Shown in pieces: positions 17,106 through 26,448 of a stretch of DNA of 64,000 bases. Position numbers and translations under genes: made by a program. The stretch is taken from IMG/VR virus record IMGVR_UViG_3300028048_001915, positions 1-64,000 of that record. One strand, written 5' to 3'. The DNA comes from a virus. Taxonomy: Duplodnaviria; Caudoviricetes. Position 1 is the first letter of the stretch, and every line of letters begins with the position of its first letter. The notes beneath the pieces were generated by a model. It did not search any database. It was not told the origin of the DNA and saw nothing but the letters and a program-made list of their open reading frames with translations.

Positions 17106-20100
17106 TCAGTCCTCGTTTTCCAATATAACATCTTCCGCATCGTCATCATCTACTAAGATTATATCTTCTTCACCAGTTACACTTGATTCATCAGGGTTGT
17201 CTGTGAGTATTAGTTTTGGATTATCATCATCTAATAACTCTGATAGTATGAGATAGTCTTCTTCACTGTAACTTGATGTGTCTGATGGGAATTCATCTAA
17301 TAAAGTAATATCCCATGGTGAATCGGTTTTGTCTTTAATACTGTATGATGGATTAACTATTGTTAATTTAATTCCAGTTATTGTAACTTGATTTAAATAA
17401 TCATCACCAGAGTAAACAAGTTTGCCTTGAATAACTTCTTGTGATGTGAATAATAAGTTAATAGCTTGTTTAACAGTAACTGTTTGTATTACTGTACCAT
17501 TAGTTTTTTGTAAACTTATTGTTCCTGATGGAGTGATTGTTTCTGATGTTTTTGATGATATATTTGGTAATTCAAAAGTATATGGTAAATTATATGAATC
17601 ATCAACAACCAATAAATGATTTTTCTCAAGAGTGATGACTGGTGTTAATTTGGTTATAGTTAATGTAGTTTCTTTATTACTGGTTTTATAATAAGTATTC
17701 TCAACATAATTGATATTTATACTGTAATCTGATGGTTTGAATAATTTATTAAGGGATAAACTAAACTCACCATTACTTAATACAACATTATAATCAGTAC
17801 TATCCACTGTGATAGTTACACTACCAGTATCTGCAGGAATATTATTCTCATCTATCACACTACCTGTTATTGCAAATCTTTGACTTGTTGGAACAGATAA
17901 ATCTTGTGAACTAATTGTAGTTGCTAATTGTTTGAACATTACCGTTACTTCATCACTACATGCTGCATAAGCTCCAGTATGTTTAGCATAAGTTAATTCG
18001 AATATTAAGTCTTTTCCACGAACATTACTTGTTGTAGTGTATATTGCTTCAAATTCACCTTTAATATCAGTTGTCAAGTTATATGTTTTAACTAGAGTAT
18101 TTTCAGCATATACTTTTACTGTTAAGTTTTCGTTTGGTAATGGATCATCTTCCTGGTCTATGAGAACACCATTAACTGTAATGACTTCATTGTTGTAACT
18201 GTAAACTGATTTGTCAACAGTTAAAAATGATTCTACATTTAATTCCGGTTCGACACTATTACGTAAATGCACGAGATTACTGTATACATCTCCATCAACT
18301 GTGGAAATTGCTTGAATATATGTTCCTTTACAATTTTTAATAGCTTGAGTGTTGAAGTTTCCACTCCACCAACCATCATTATTTGTGGTGTAAACTGTGG
18401 AATCTGTTAGGCCACATTTACTATTGTAGGTGTCTGCTATTTTAAAACTGGTTGATAGTGGGTTTCCGTTTTTATCACATGCATAAACATTTATTGGGAT
18501 GCTTGTTGGTAAGCTTCCCAATATTTTATGTTCAGGATATAATTTTAATTGTATGTCTGCAATTTCGGTGTCTCTTACACGTACACGATAATAGTTACTT
18601 ATGCTTTGGTAATATTTGCTTGTTTCAACGAATTCTAAATGTAGTGTGTGATTTCCTTTAGCGAGTTTTGTGGAGTATGATATTTCACCTTTGCTATCAG
18701 TATTTTTTGTGGTTAATAGTGTATCATCACAATATATTTTTATTGGTTTATTTGATAGGAGGTTTCCTAATTCATCAGTTAATACTCCAGTGATGGTTAT
18801 ATTTTCATCGGTTTTGTAAACAGATTTACCTTCACTAAGCAATACAAGATTTGTTTTGTATTTAACTACATTGACTGTGAATTCTACACTGCTTTCAACA
18901 TAAGTTTCATCATGACTGAATACAATTTTGTAATTGTGTAATCCTGCTACAGTTGGAGTGTAATTTAAATCAGAACCATTATTAACAGTTTTAACCAATT
19001 TATTATCTTCATATAATTTTAAAACACCAACAGTTACTGGAGTATCATAATAATCTTTAACAGAGTATGGTATACTGAATGATTCTTCAATATACATTTT
19101 ACTAACTGGTTTGGTGATATTTGTGGTTGTTGGCATTGGTTCTACAATCACACTATAATAATTTTCACTAAGACAATATTTCTTGGATTCATCATGCTTA
19201 ACAGCAATATTAAATGTTCCAATATTATCAAATAATTGAGTGAATGTATAATCTCCATCTTCTGCAGTAGTTACGGTGCCTAATAAATTGCTTCCAAGAT
19301 ATAATTTAACTTCTTCATTACTTACAGGTTTATTTGGGTCATGTGTTTGTGTTGGGCAATTCTTTGTGAGTCCAGATACATATTCAGCACCAACCATATA
19401 ATCTCCAGTATCTGTTAGTAATGTTCCCCTTAATGTAATATTTCTATGAGCATATGTGGTGTAGTCTTTTGTCATATCAATCTTAGTAGCGATTTTACAT
19501 ATTGATTTAGGTATTTCAATATTGATTGGATAATTCAAAGCATTCTCGTTAACGAATTCTGTTGATTCAGATAACATTTCACAACATTTATGCTTTAAAG
19601 TAATTCCTTGCAAGTACAGATTGGTATCTTGCATTACATTGAACAAGCTCCATCCATTATTCTGATAGATAACTGCACCTGATGGACAGGATATTATACT
19701 ACATGTTTCATCTATTTTTAATACATTATCAATATAGAATCTTTCATTTTTATTGATTAATGCTATTACATTTCTTGAACCATGCATTTGTGAGACTGCA
19801 TATTCTAATGTACGGTAAGCTGTTTGTGATGTTGTTCCATCATTATTATCATTACCATCCACACAATCCACGTAGATATCAGCATTTCCACAGCCTTTAA
19901 TGGTTATTCTGATAACATCTGATTCAAGATAATTAGTGTTCAGAGCTTTCATGTCATTATAGTTTTCGTATGCTCTGAAGATGAAATCGAATTGATAATC
20001 TGTATCAATGCCTGGTATATCATTAGTGTTTATAGTCCATAAGAAACCTTTATCTTTGGTATACTGGTAGAATTCATCATCGTATCGGTGCAATTCTCCA

Positions 20101-21197
20101 TTTTCTGTTTTGAAATATGGTATTATATAATAATCTGTTTCGGTTTTTCTTGCGAATTCATCAATAAAATCATAATCAAATGTAATATCCATTCCTTGAA
20201 CTGGACTTGCATTGTTTACATTTGCAAAAAAGAATATATCTGGTTTTACAGGACACCATAAAATATCTTTATGCTCCCATCTTTTAGGTTTCCATCCTTC
20301 ATCATATTCTCCATTAGGACTTAAATGTCTGTTTTCTTCAAACATTTTACAGAGATATCTTTCACGATTGATGAAACTGATTTCTTTTTCATCTTCTGGA
20401 TTTAAACCGTAGAGTTTCCATATTTCAATTACTGGTAATGGGAGTTTATGATAGTATTGTAAGAATTTAATTATCCTATTCATATAATAATAATCGTTCT
20501 CTGTAGTTTGATTATTGAATGGATGTTCAGTATTCTTATAATAAGTTATTAATTGGGTTTTGTTGAATATTTGGAATTCTTCTTTATTTGCTATGTCATT
20601 AATTGTTAATTTAGCATAATCTTCATCGGTTAATTTTACTACGCCGTTGTAAACATAATAAAGGTCATCGTTTAGTTTATGGGGTATTTTATATGTTTTA
20701 CGGGGTATGTTATGTAATTCTCCGAAATGGTCGAGTGATGAATCATGATCATAAATATCGTTAAGTGGTGTATCGTTTTCAGGGTATCCTTTACTTAATG
20801 TATATTCTTCCCAAGTCTCCACCGTTATATGAAATTTATCTGAAGGGATGATGTTTTCTGAAGAACCATCATAAGAATAAATGAATGTATCAACTTCATC
20901 ACTATACTCATAAGACTCAGTATATATAACTTCATCATTTTTATAACAAGTAACAGTTTTCAGATAAGGAAAACAAGCAACAAAATTAATACTATAATCA
21001 TAAGCATCAGACTGCTCACGCCAAACCAACAAACGCTTATTCAAATGAAAACTCTCATAAACCTCAATCAAATCATTATACAAACCTTTAAACTGCTCAT
21101 TAAAAACATATTCAGACTTATAGAAATTACTATCCGGCGATTTCTTCAAAAAATAAGGAAATTTACTCAACAATTTCTTTAAACTTGAATAAACCAT
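17106..21197 (-). CDS. Large baseplate-associated adhesin-like protein (1363 aa) with Ig-like repeats
   Basis: Follows baseplate J. Has a YVDCVDGNDNNDGTT...AYRTLEYAV motif (start of pectin-lyase-like domains), then multiple G.L.DE.G..L...I.(V/I)Y...T...GE Ig-like repeats; acidic tail. Confidence 0.65.
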   Translation of the reverse strand: MVYSSLKKLLSKFPYFLKKSPDSNFYKSEYVFNEQFKGLYNDLIEVYESFHLNKRLLVWREQSDAYDYSINFVACFPYLKTVTCYKNDEVIYTESYEYSDEVDTFIYSYDGSSENIIPSDKFHITVETWEEYTLSKGYPENDTPLNDIYDHDSSLDHFGELHNIPRKTYKIPHKLNDDLYYVYNGVVKLTDEDYAKLTINDIANKEEFQIFNKTQLITYYKNTEHPFNNQTTENDYYYMNRIIKFLQYYHKLPLPVIEIWKLYGLNPEDEKEISFINRERYLCKMFEENRHLSPNGEYDEGWKPKRWEHKDILWCPVKPDIFFFANVNNASPVQGMDITFDYDFIDEFARKTETDYYIIPYFKTENGELHRYDDEFYQYTKDKGFLWTINTNDIPGIDTDYQFDFIFRAYENYNDMKALNTNYLESDVIRITIKGCGNADIYVDCVDGNDNNDGTTSQTAYRTLEYAVSQMHGSRNVIALINKNERFYIDNVLKIDETCSIISCPSGAVIYQNNGWSLFNVMQDTNLYLQGITLKHKCCEMLSESTEFVNENALNYPINIEIPKSICKIATKIDMTKDYTTYAHRNITLRGTLLTDTGDYMVGAEYVSGLTKNCPTQTHDPNKPVSNEEVKLYLGSNLLGTVTTAEDGDYTFTQLFDNIGTFNIAVKHDESKKYCLSENYYSVIVEPMPTTTNITKPVSKMYIEESFSIPYSVKDYYDTPVTVGVLKLYEDNKLVKTVNNGSDLNYTPTVAGLHNYKIVFSHDETYVESSVEFTVNVVKYKTNLVLLSEGKSVYKTDENITITGVLTDELGNLLSNKPIKIYCDDTLLTTKNTDSKGEISYSTKLAKGNHTLHLEFVETSKYYQSISNYYRVRVRDTEIADIQLKLYPEHKILGSLPTSIPINVYACDKNGNPLSTSFKIADTYNSKCGLTDSTVYTTNNDGWWSGNFNTQAIKNCKGTYIQAISTVDGDVYSNLVHLRNSVEPELNVESFLTVDKSVYSYNNEVITVNGVLIDQEDDPLPNENLTVKVYAENTLVKTYNLTTDIKGEFEAIYTTTSNVRGKDLIFELTYAKHTGAYAACSDEVTVMFKQLATTISSQDLSVPTSQRFAITGSVIDENNIPADTGSVTITVDSTDYNVVLSNGEFSLSLNKLFKPSDYSININYVENTYYKTSNKETTLTITKLTPVITLEKNHLLVVDDSYNLPYTFELPNISSKTSETITPSGTISLQKTNGTVIQTVTVKQAINLLFTSQEVIQGKLVYSGDDYLNQVTITGIKLTIVNPSYSIKDKTDSPWDITLLDEFPSDTSSYSEEDYLILSELLDDDNPKLILTDNPDESSVTGEEDIILVDDDDAEDVILENED

Positions 21198-21198
21198 T

Positions 21199-22353
21199 CT
21201 ACATCATCTCGATTGTAATTGTATTAGTCGCACCAATTTCTTCATCAGTAATCTGAATATAATCCTCAGGCAATTTAAAAGTAATATTCATTAATTCCGG
21301 AATCTGAGTGTTTAAGAATGCTCCTAACTTATAAGGTATGAAATCTTCACCAATACTTAAACCTTTATAATATTTACCAGTAACATTATTCAAACCACCA
21401 TCAATAAACAATTTAATGGCAGCAATAATCCTATTTCGTATTTCATCTTTTTGAGTAGTACTATACGGATTTACCTGGTCAATATCAACATTAACAGTAG
21501 CATAAACATCAATTGGAACTTTAACTGGTGCAGTTAAATAAATATCTTCAGAAGCTTGACTAACACGTCCTTGTAAATCATCATAAGCTGCACCTAACTG
21601 ATAATCAGTCCCTGGATCCAAAATTATTTTCAAAGTACCTGACCCATCCCAATTCGGGACAAAACGATAACCATCAATACCATCAAAATTAGCTAAATAA
21701 TTAATGAAAGCCCATTCATTACCTTTCTCATAGACTAACTCCCAATTTTTTAATAATTCACGATATTCATCATCAGTGAAAGCATCATAACCTCCAGTTG
21801 AAGAAGATAAATTAGTAACAGTAACACTACTTATAGGAGTGATTAATTCAGATTCTAATTTTGTTAATTGATTTTCAATAACAGTACTACCAGTTCCAGT
21901 ATTAACAGCTAAAGCAGAAACATTAGCAGATAAATCACCTGCAGGAATATATAATCCTTCAACAGTGTAATAACTAATACCTTTACCGGATGTTATAAGC
22001 AGATTTTTTGGTTCGACAACATCAGTATCCTGTGCATGATTTAATGTAAAAGTAATTTCACATGAAGCACGAGTAGCTCTTGGTCTTGGAATACCTACAA
22101 GCAAACCTAAATCATCTAAATCAGAACCAGTTGCATGATTAACTTTATTACTATAATAAACTTCAGTCATATCAGCATATACCTGTTCAAAGACTTCACT
22201 ATGAACACTTAATAACATCACATAAAAATTACTGATATCTTGTTTATTAGAAATATACTTCTCAAATTCATTTTGATGGCTAATTAAACCTTGCATTAAA
22301 GCTTCGTTCAATGCATTTAAGAATATTTCTTTATAATACTTCTGTTTGTACAT
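21199..22353 (-). CDS. Baseplate J-like protein
   Basis: ATGSDLDDLGLLVGIPRPRATRA...VTNLSSSTGGYDAFTDDEYRE pattern. Confidence 0.8.
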   Translation of the reverse strand: MYKQKYYKEIFLNALNEALMQGLISHQNEFEKYISNKQDISNFYVMLLSVHSEVFEQVYADMTEVYYSNKVNHATGSDLDDLGLLVGIPRPRATRASCEITFTLNHAQDTDVVEPKNLLITSGKGISYYTVEGLYIPAGDLSANVSALAVNTGTGSTVIENQLTKLESELITPISSVTVTNLSSSTGGYDAFTDDEYRELLKNWELVYEKGNEWAFINYLANFDGIDGYRFVPNWDGSGTLKIILDPGTDYQLGAAYDDLQGRVSQASEDIYLTAPVKVPIDVYATVNVDIDQVNPYSTTQKDEIRNRIIAAIKLFIDGGLNNVTGKYYKGLSIGEDFIPYKLGAFLNTQIPELMNITFKLPEDYIQITDEEIGATNTITIEMM

Positions 22354-22806
22354 TTAAAGATTCACCCTCCCTTCCACTATTTTATCATTAATACTTGTTA
22401 CATTGAAATCAATTTGATATTTATAAAAATTTTTATCAGGATTATCTGTGATTTTAATCCAGTTAACTTTTTGAACACGTCTCATTTTGGTTAATGTTTC
22501 TTCAACAAACAATTCTATTTTGTATTCGACCATATGGGATTTGTTGGCTTTGATTAATTCATGTACTCTGCAACCGAATTCGGTGTATAATTGATTATGT
22601 TTCAATTCTTGATATCGTGTCATTATAGCAATACATATTGCATTTCTTAGACTATCGTGACCGGTTAGGTTATTAATGTCTCCGTTTTCGAAGACCATAT
22701 CCCATTGATTGTATTCATCGGGTTTTAATTCAATGTCTTCATTTAATGTTTTGTAGAATCTGTAAGAATCACTTTCATAATCAACCGGTAGAGTCATCAG
22801 TATCAC
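22354..22806 (-). CDS. Baseplate wedge protein (gp25/W-like)
   Basis: 150 aa upstream of baseplate J; SLRNAICIAIMT...EFGCRVHEL...EETL...RRVQKV pattern. Confidence 0.6.
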   Translation of the reverse strand: MILMTLPVDYESDSYRFYKTLNEDIELKPDEYNQWDMVFENGDINNLTGHDSLRNAICIAIMTRYQELKHNQLYTEFGCRVHELIKANKSHMVEYKIELFVEETLTKMRRVQKVNWIKITDNPDKNFYKYQIDFNVTSINDKIVEGRVNL

Positions 22807-23485
22807 CTAACATTTCTTCTTTAAAATCATCAATAGCTTTCTGTATTAATTCATCAACTTCTTCTTTAGTGTAGACTTCTTCTTTGGTATAAACATCATC
22901 TTTAACAGGTACATCATCACTATTAGCATATTTAATCGTAGTGTTTTCTTCTTGAACTAAACCCTCAACAAAGTTAACTCCTTCATGGGAAACCATATTA
23001 ATATTAGACATGCCAACATCTAATCCAAATTCATTTGTTGAACCTACATCAGATATCCGGTAATGGCCAGGTTCTGCGGGATTAATGTAAAGAATATTAT
23101 TTTTAATGAAATAACCTAACAATACTTGTTCTTTAGTATCATCACTAGTTTCAGCTATGAAACAATCTAATTCACTTTGAGGGATAATGCAAGGTTCTTT
23201 TAATTTTTCACAAAACGCCCTATCTCCTGCAGGTGTGAAGAAATCTATTAATGAACCATGCATACGATGAAGCATTCTACAAAGAACCAATTTATCTCCT
23301 ACTTTAACTTCTGCTTTGTCCAAGTAAGGATAATATTTAGTTAATACGCCAATATGGAGTTTAGATGCATTAACTTCTTTTTTAACAGTAGTTTCCAAAC
23401 TATCCTCAACAACATTATGAATAATAGGAGTTATAGCACTAATTAATCGGCCATCTGTAGCAGTTATGTTATTTGATTTTTTCAT
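22781..23485 (-). CDS. Baseplate spike/assembly protein (putative)
   Basis: Position between hub and wedge genes; OB-like N-terminal region. Confidence 0.4.
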   Translation of the reverse strand: MKKSNNITATDGRLISAITPIIHNVVEDSLETTVKKEVNASKLHIGVLTKYYPYLDKAEVKVGDKLVLCRMLHRMHGSLIDFFTPAGDRAFCEKLKEPCIIPQSELDCFIAETSDDTKEQVLLGYFIKNNILYINPAEPGHYRISDVGSTNEFGLDVGMSNINMVSHEGVNFVEGLVQEENTTIKYANSDDVPVKDDVYTKEEVYTKEEVDELIQKAIDDFKEEMLGDTDDSTG

Positions 23486-24774
23486 GTTGTTGTCTCCTCA
23501 GTTGTTTCTTCATCTTCACTTTCTTCCTCGTCTTCATCACTTTTTGCTTCTTCCGGTTCACCAAATCCTGGAGGATAATCAGCTAATGTGATATTAGTTT
23601 CCCATCCTGGAGAAGCAGATTCACTATGAGAACATTTTGTAATATACATATAACCATCTTCGTCAAAGCTTGGAATGTATACTCTAACCCATTTTCCTTG
23701 TTCCCATAACGGAGAACCAATAACTTTACATTCTATTGTGTGGCCGTTGTCTCTTTTGATTTTAGCCCATTCTGTATTAGCGAATGTCTGTGCTTCTTCT
23801 AATGTTTCACAGGGAACTTCTTCAACACTGGACTCTGTGTCACTACTTGAATCATCAGAGGATGTAGTATCTGTTGTGGTGTTTGTGGTGTTATCTGTAG
23901 TAGTAGTTGTAGTTGTGGATGAAGTATTCGAGCTTGATGAATCCGACTCTTTTGTTGTAACAACCCTTTTAACCGCATCCATTTCAGCTTTTTTCTCACC
24001 AAACCTTTCAATTAATTTTTCATCACGAAAGACAATGTCTTCACCACCTTGCCAATGCACAGTCAAGAAGTTAATTGTTTCAGGATTAATATCAGTAATG
24101 TTAATGCTTTTTTGGATAATATCTCTACCTTCAATTAAAGATAATTCAGCAGTTTCAGGGTCAGGAATCTTATTAATAAAAACAGTATCGTTAACTACAC
24201 GACATTCAATTTCTCCATCACGCATTTTAAGAATATCTTTAATTGCTTCTTTGATTGTTGATGCAGATGAACCATCATCACTATCCTCTCCACCACCAGC
24301 CAATATTTTCTTTGCCAGTTCCTCTGGTGTTTGACCATAAACATAATTCACATACTGTTTATTTTCCTGGAAAAAATAATCTGCAGATTTCCCTAGGTAT
24401 GGTGCGATAGATGATCCACTACTGAAATTATCATCATGTGCTCTTACTAAAGGTTTATTTTTTAAATCTTCTTTGGTAATCCATGAATGAGCTGTCCATG
24501 ATGCAAAAGCAAACCATGCATATTTCCAATGATAATATCCATTTTTGATACCATCACGAAAATCAACGTAAGTACCGATATCACTTCCACCAACAATGAA
24601 AATTGCTACTTTTCCTGATGATGAACTTTTTAAACCAGAAGATTGAACAAAATTTGGACCTACACTTAATCTTTGAGCGGTGTGTCCTTTGCTTTCAAGA
24701 ACTTTACATACTCTTTCAATTAAGTTGGATTCCCCACCTACAATGTTATCGCATCCAACAATATAATCAGTCAT
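23482..24774 (-). CDS. Tail/baseplate hub-like protein with an extra N-terminal alpha/beta domain and an S/T/D-rich linker
   Basis: C-terminal IECKVIGSP.WEQGKWVRV...YITKCSH...TNITL hub-like segment; low-complexity SSSSNTSSTTTTTT. Confidence 0.5.
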   Translation of the reverse strand: MTDYIVGCDNIVGGESNLIERVCKVLESKGHTAQRLSVGPNFVQSSGLKSSSSGKVAIFIVGGSDIGTYVDFRDGIKNGYYHWKYAWFAFASWTAHSWITKEDLKNKPLVRAHDDNFSSGSSIAPYLGKSADYFFQENKQYVNYVYGQTPEELAKKILAGGGEDSDDGSSASTIKEAIKDILKMRDGEIECRVVNDTVFINKIPDPETAELSLIEGRDIIQKSINITDINPETINFLTVHWQGGEDIVFRDEKLIERFGEKKAEMDAVKRVVTTKESDSSSSNTSSTTTTTTTDNTTNTTTDTTSSDDSSSDTESSVEEVPCETLEEAQTFANTEWAKIKRDNGHTIECKVIGSPLWEQGKWVRVYIPSFDEDGYMYITKCSHSESASPGWETNITLADYPPGFGEPEEAKSDEDEEESEDEETTEETTT

Positions 24775-24789
24775 AATTATAATACTCCT

Positions 24790-25848
24790 TTAACATGCTC
24801 CATTAGCTTGGAAATCCCATAAACTATTCATTTTCATATTTTGATAAACTTGACCAAGGCTACGTCTACTGTACCCTGGGTCTGAATCTTGCCATTGCCC
24901 ATCAACATAATATTGAACCCAAACATGCCCTGGGCCATGAACACCACGAGCTTTAAGTTTAACTGCTTGAGCCATTTGGTAACCCAAGTTAGCACGGTCA
25001 CAACAATTACTAACACCTGATTTCAAAACTTCTGATGCACATTTATGATGGTTACTGTAATTTGGTGATGGGTATTTTACATGATCACAGATAAAAGCAG
25101 TGATAGCATTAGCTTTGGCTTTTGCAGATTTTTTGCCTTTACAAACTTTCTTTGCCATTGCTTTTACATCACCGGAAACTTCACCGGAAAATTCTCCACC
25201 CTCATCATCATCTTCACTTTTAGAAACATTACTATAATCAATTACCTCATCAGCCATTCCTGTGAAATCAACTTTAGGTTTTAAACCAGCCGTTTTAATC
25301 ATCTCTTCTAATATGGCTGACATTTTCATTTGAGTGAAATCAAACTGGTATTTCTTATCTAAAAGTTTTGTCATTCCAGATAATGTTAAATCAACACCAT
25401 TTTCACTATAAGTCTGTTCAGTAATGAAACCTAATAGTACTGGTGTTAAATCATCTAAATTAGTTGTTTGACCATGTTCTTCCCAAGTTTTACGAAGACA
25501 AGTACGAACACCTTTATAGAATCTTTTTTTATCAACTGATGGTACACTGATGTTTCCATTATTATCTATAGCTTCATAATCATAATCATAATTAGAATCA
25601 AATAAATCTCCATAATAATAAGTTTCCAATATTTCGCCTTGATGTAATTTAAATCCTTCATCATTTTCCTCAATTTCTTCATCCTCTTCCTCTTTTTCAT
25701 CTTCTTCTTTCTCAGAGTCTTCTGAAGATTTTTCACTATCTTCTTCTTTATTACCCATATTAGGTTCATAAGGGACAAAGTTCTCTTCATCGGTTTTATA
25801 AACTTCAAAAAGGTTACGAGGAATACTATAACTAGCTACTTTAACCAT
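24790..25848 (-). CDS. Baseplate hub-like protein fused to a transglutaminase-like cysteine peptidase domain
   Basis: C-terminal GVSNCCDRA...GPGHVWVQYYVDGQWQDSDP gives the Cys-His-Asp triad pattern. Confidence 0.7.
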   Translation of the reverse strand: MVKVASYSIPRNLFEVYKTDEENFVPYEPNMGNKEEDSEKSSEDSEKEEDEKEEEDEEIEENDEGFKLHQGEILETYYYGDLFDSNYDYDYEAIDNNGNISVPSVDKKRFYKGVRTCLRKTWEEHGQTTNLDDLTPVLLGFITEQTYSENGVDLTLSGMTKLLDKKYQFDFTQMKMSAILEEMIKTAGLKPKVDFTGMADEVIDYSNVSKSEDDDEGGEFSGEVSGDVKAMAKKVCKGKKSAKAKANAITAFICDHVKYPSPNYSNHHKCASEVLKSGVSNCCDRANLGYQMAQAVKLKARGVHGPGHVWVQYYVDGQWQDSDPGYSRRSLGQVYQNMKMNSLWDFQANGAC

Positions 25849-25851
25849 AGT

Positions 25852-26445
25852 TTAACTCCTGCTTTTAAGTTTATCTTTAATTTCCTGTACCCATTCTTCT
25901 TTAGTTTTGTTGGATGTAGGTGTAGTGACTTTATTATCTTTGTTTGTATTAACTACTTCAGTAACATTAGATTCTGTTTCTGTATTCGTAGCTTCCGCAT
26001 TTTCTTTTTGTAAAACATCTTCTGGAACAACAAACAAATCGCCAGGAATATTTGGTTGTTCTTCAGGAATTTCTTTAATATCAACTCTTAAAGTAATATG
26101 GTCTGGTGAAGCTTCTTCATCTTCACGTTCAATAGTAATTTCAGCTTTGAATTTACCACCCATATATTCAGAGATAACCTCACATTCTTTGTTCATCATT
26201 TCACGGAATATTTCATCAAAGATTCTGGGGTTTCCTTCAGTATAAACCTCAGTATTGAAACTATATTCACGACCCATATACTCTCCACGAGTTACTTTTT
26301 CCGTACCACCTAACAGTTTTTGACGGTTTACTTTACGATAATTATAAGAAGTAGTTGAAGTAAGTCCCTCAGCATAGAATGGATATCCATCTATTTCAAC
26401 TGTTTCATTAACTCCATTTACAATATCTTTATACATGTTTGGCAT
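25852..26445 (-). CDS. Tail protein downstream of the tape measure gene (tube-initiator-like)
   Basis: Synteny only. Confidence 0.45.
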   Translation of the reverse strand: MPNMYKDIVNGVNETVEIDGYPFYAEGLTSTTSYNYRKVNRQKLLGGTEKVTRGEYMGREYSFNTEVYTEGNPRIFDEIFREMMNKECEVISEYMGGKFKAEITIEREDEEASPDHITLRVDIKEIPEEQPNIPGDLFVVPEDVLQKENAEATNTETESNVTEVVNTNKDNKVTTPTSNKTKEEWVQEIKDKLKSRS

Positions 26446-26448
26446 GGG

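Noticed and set aside
23675-24334. + strand 219-aa ORF and similar antisense ORFs (e.g. 36525..36959, 59406..59864, 222..905)
   Set aside because: They overlap well-supported minus-strand genes and reflect codon bias or low complexity.
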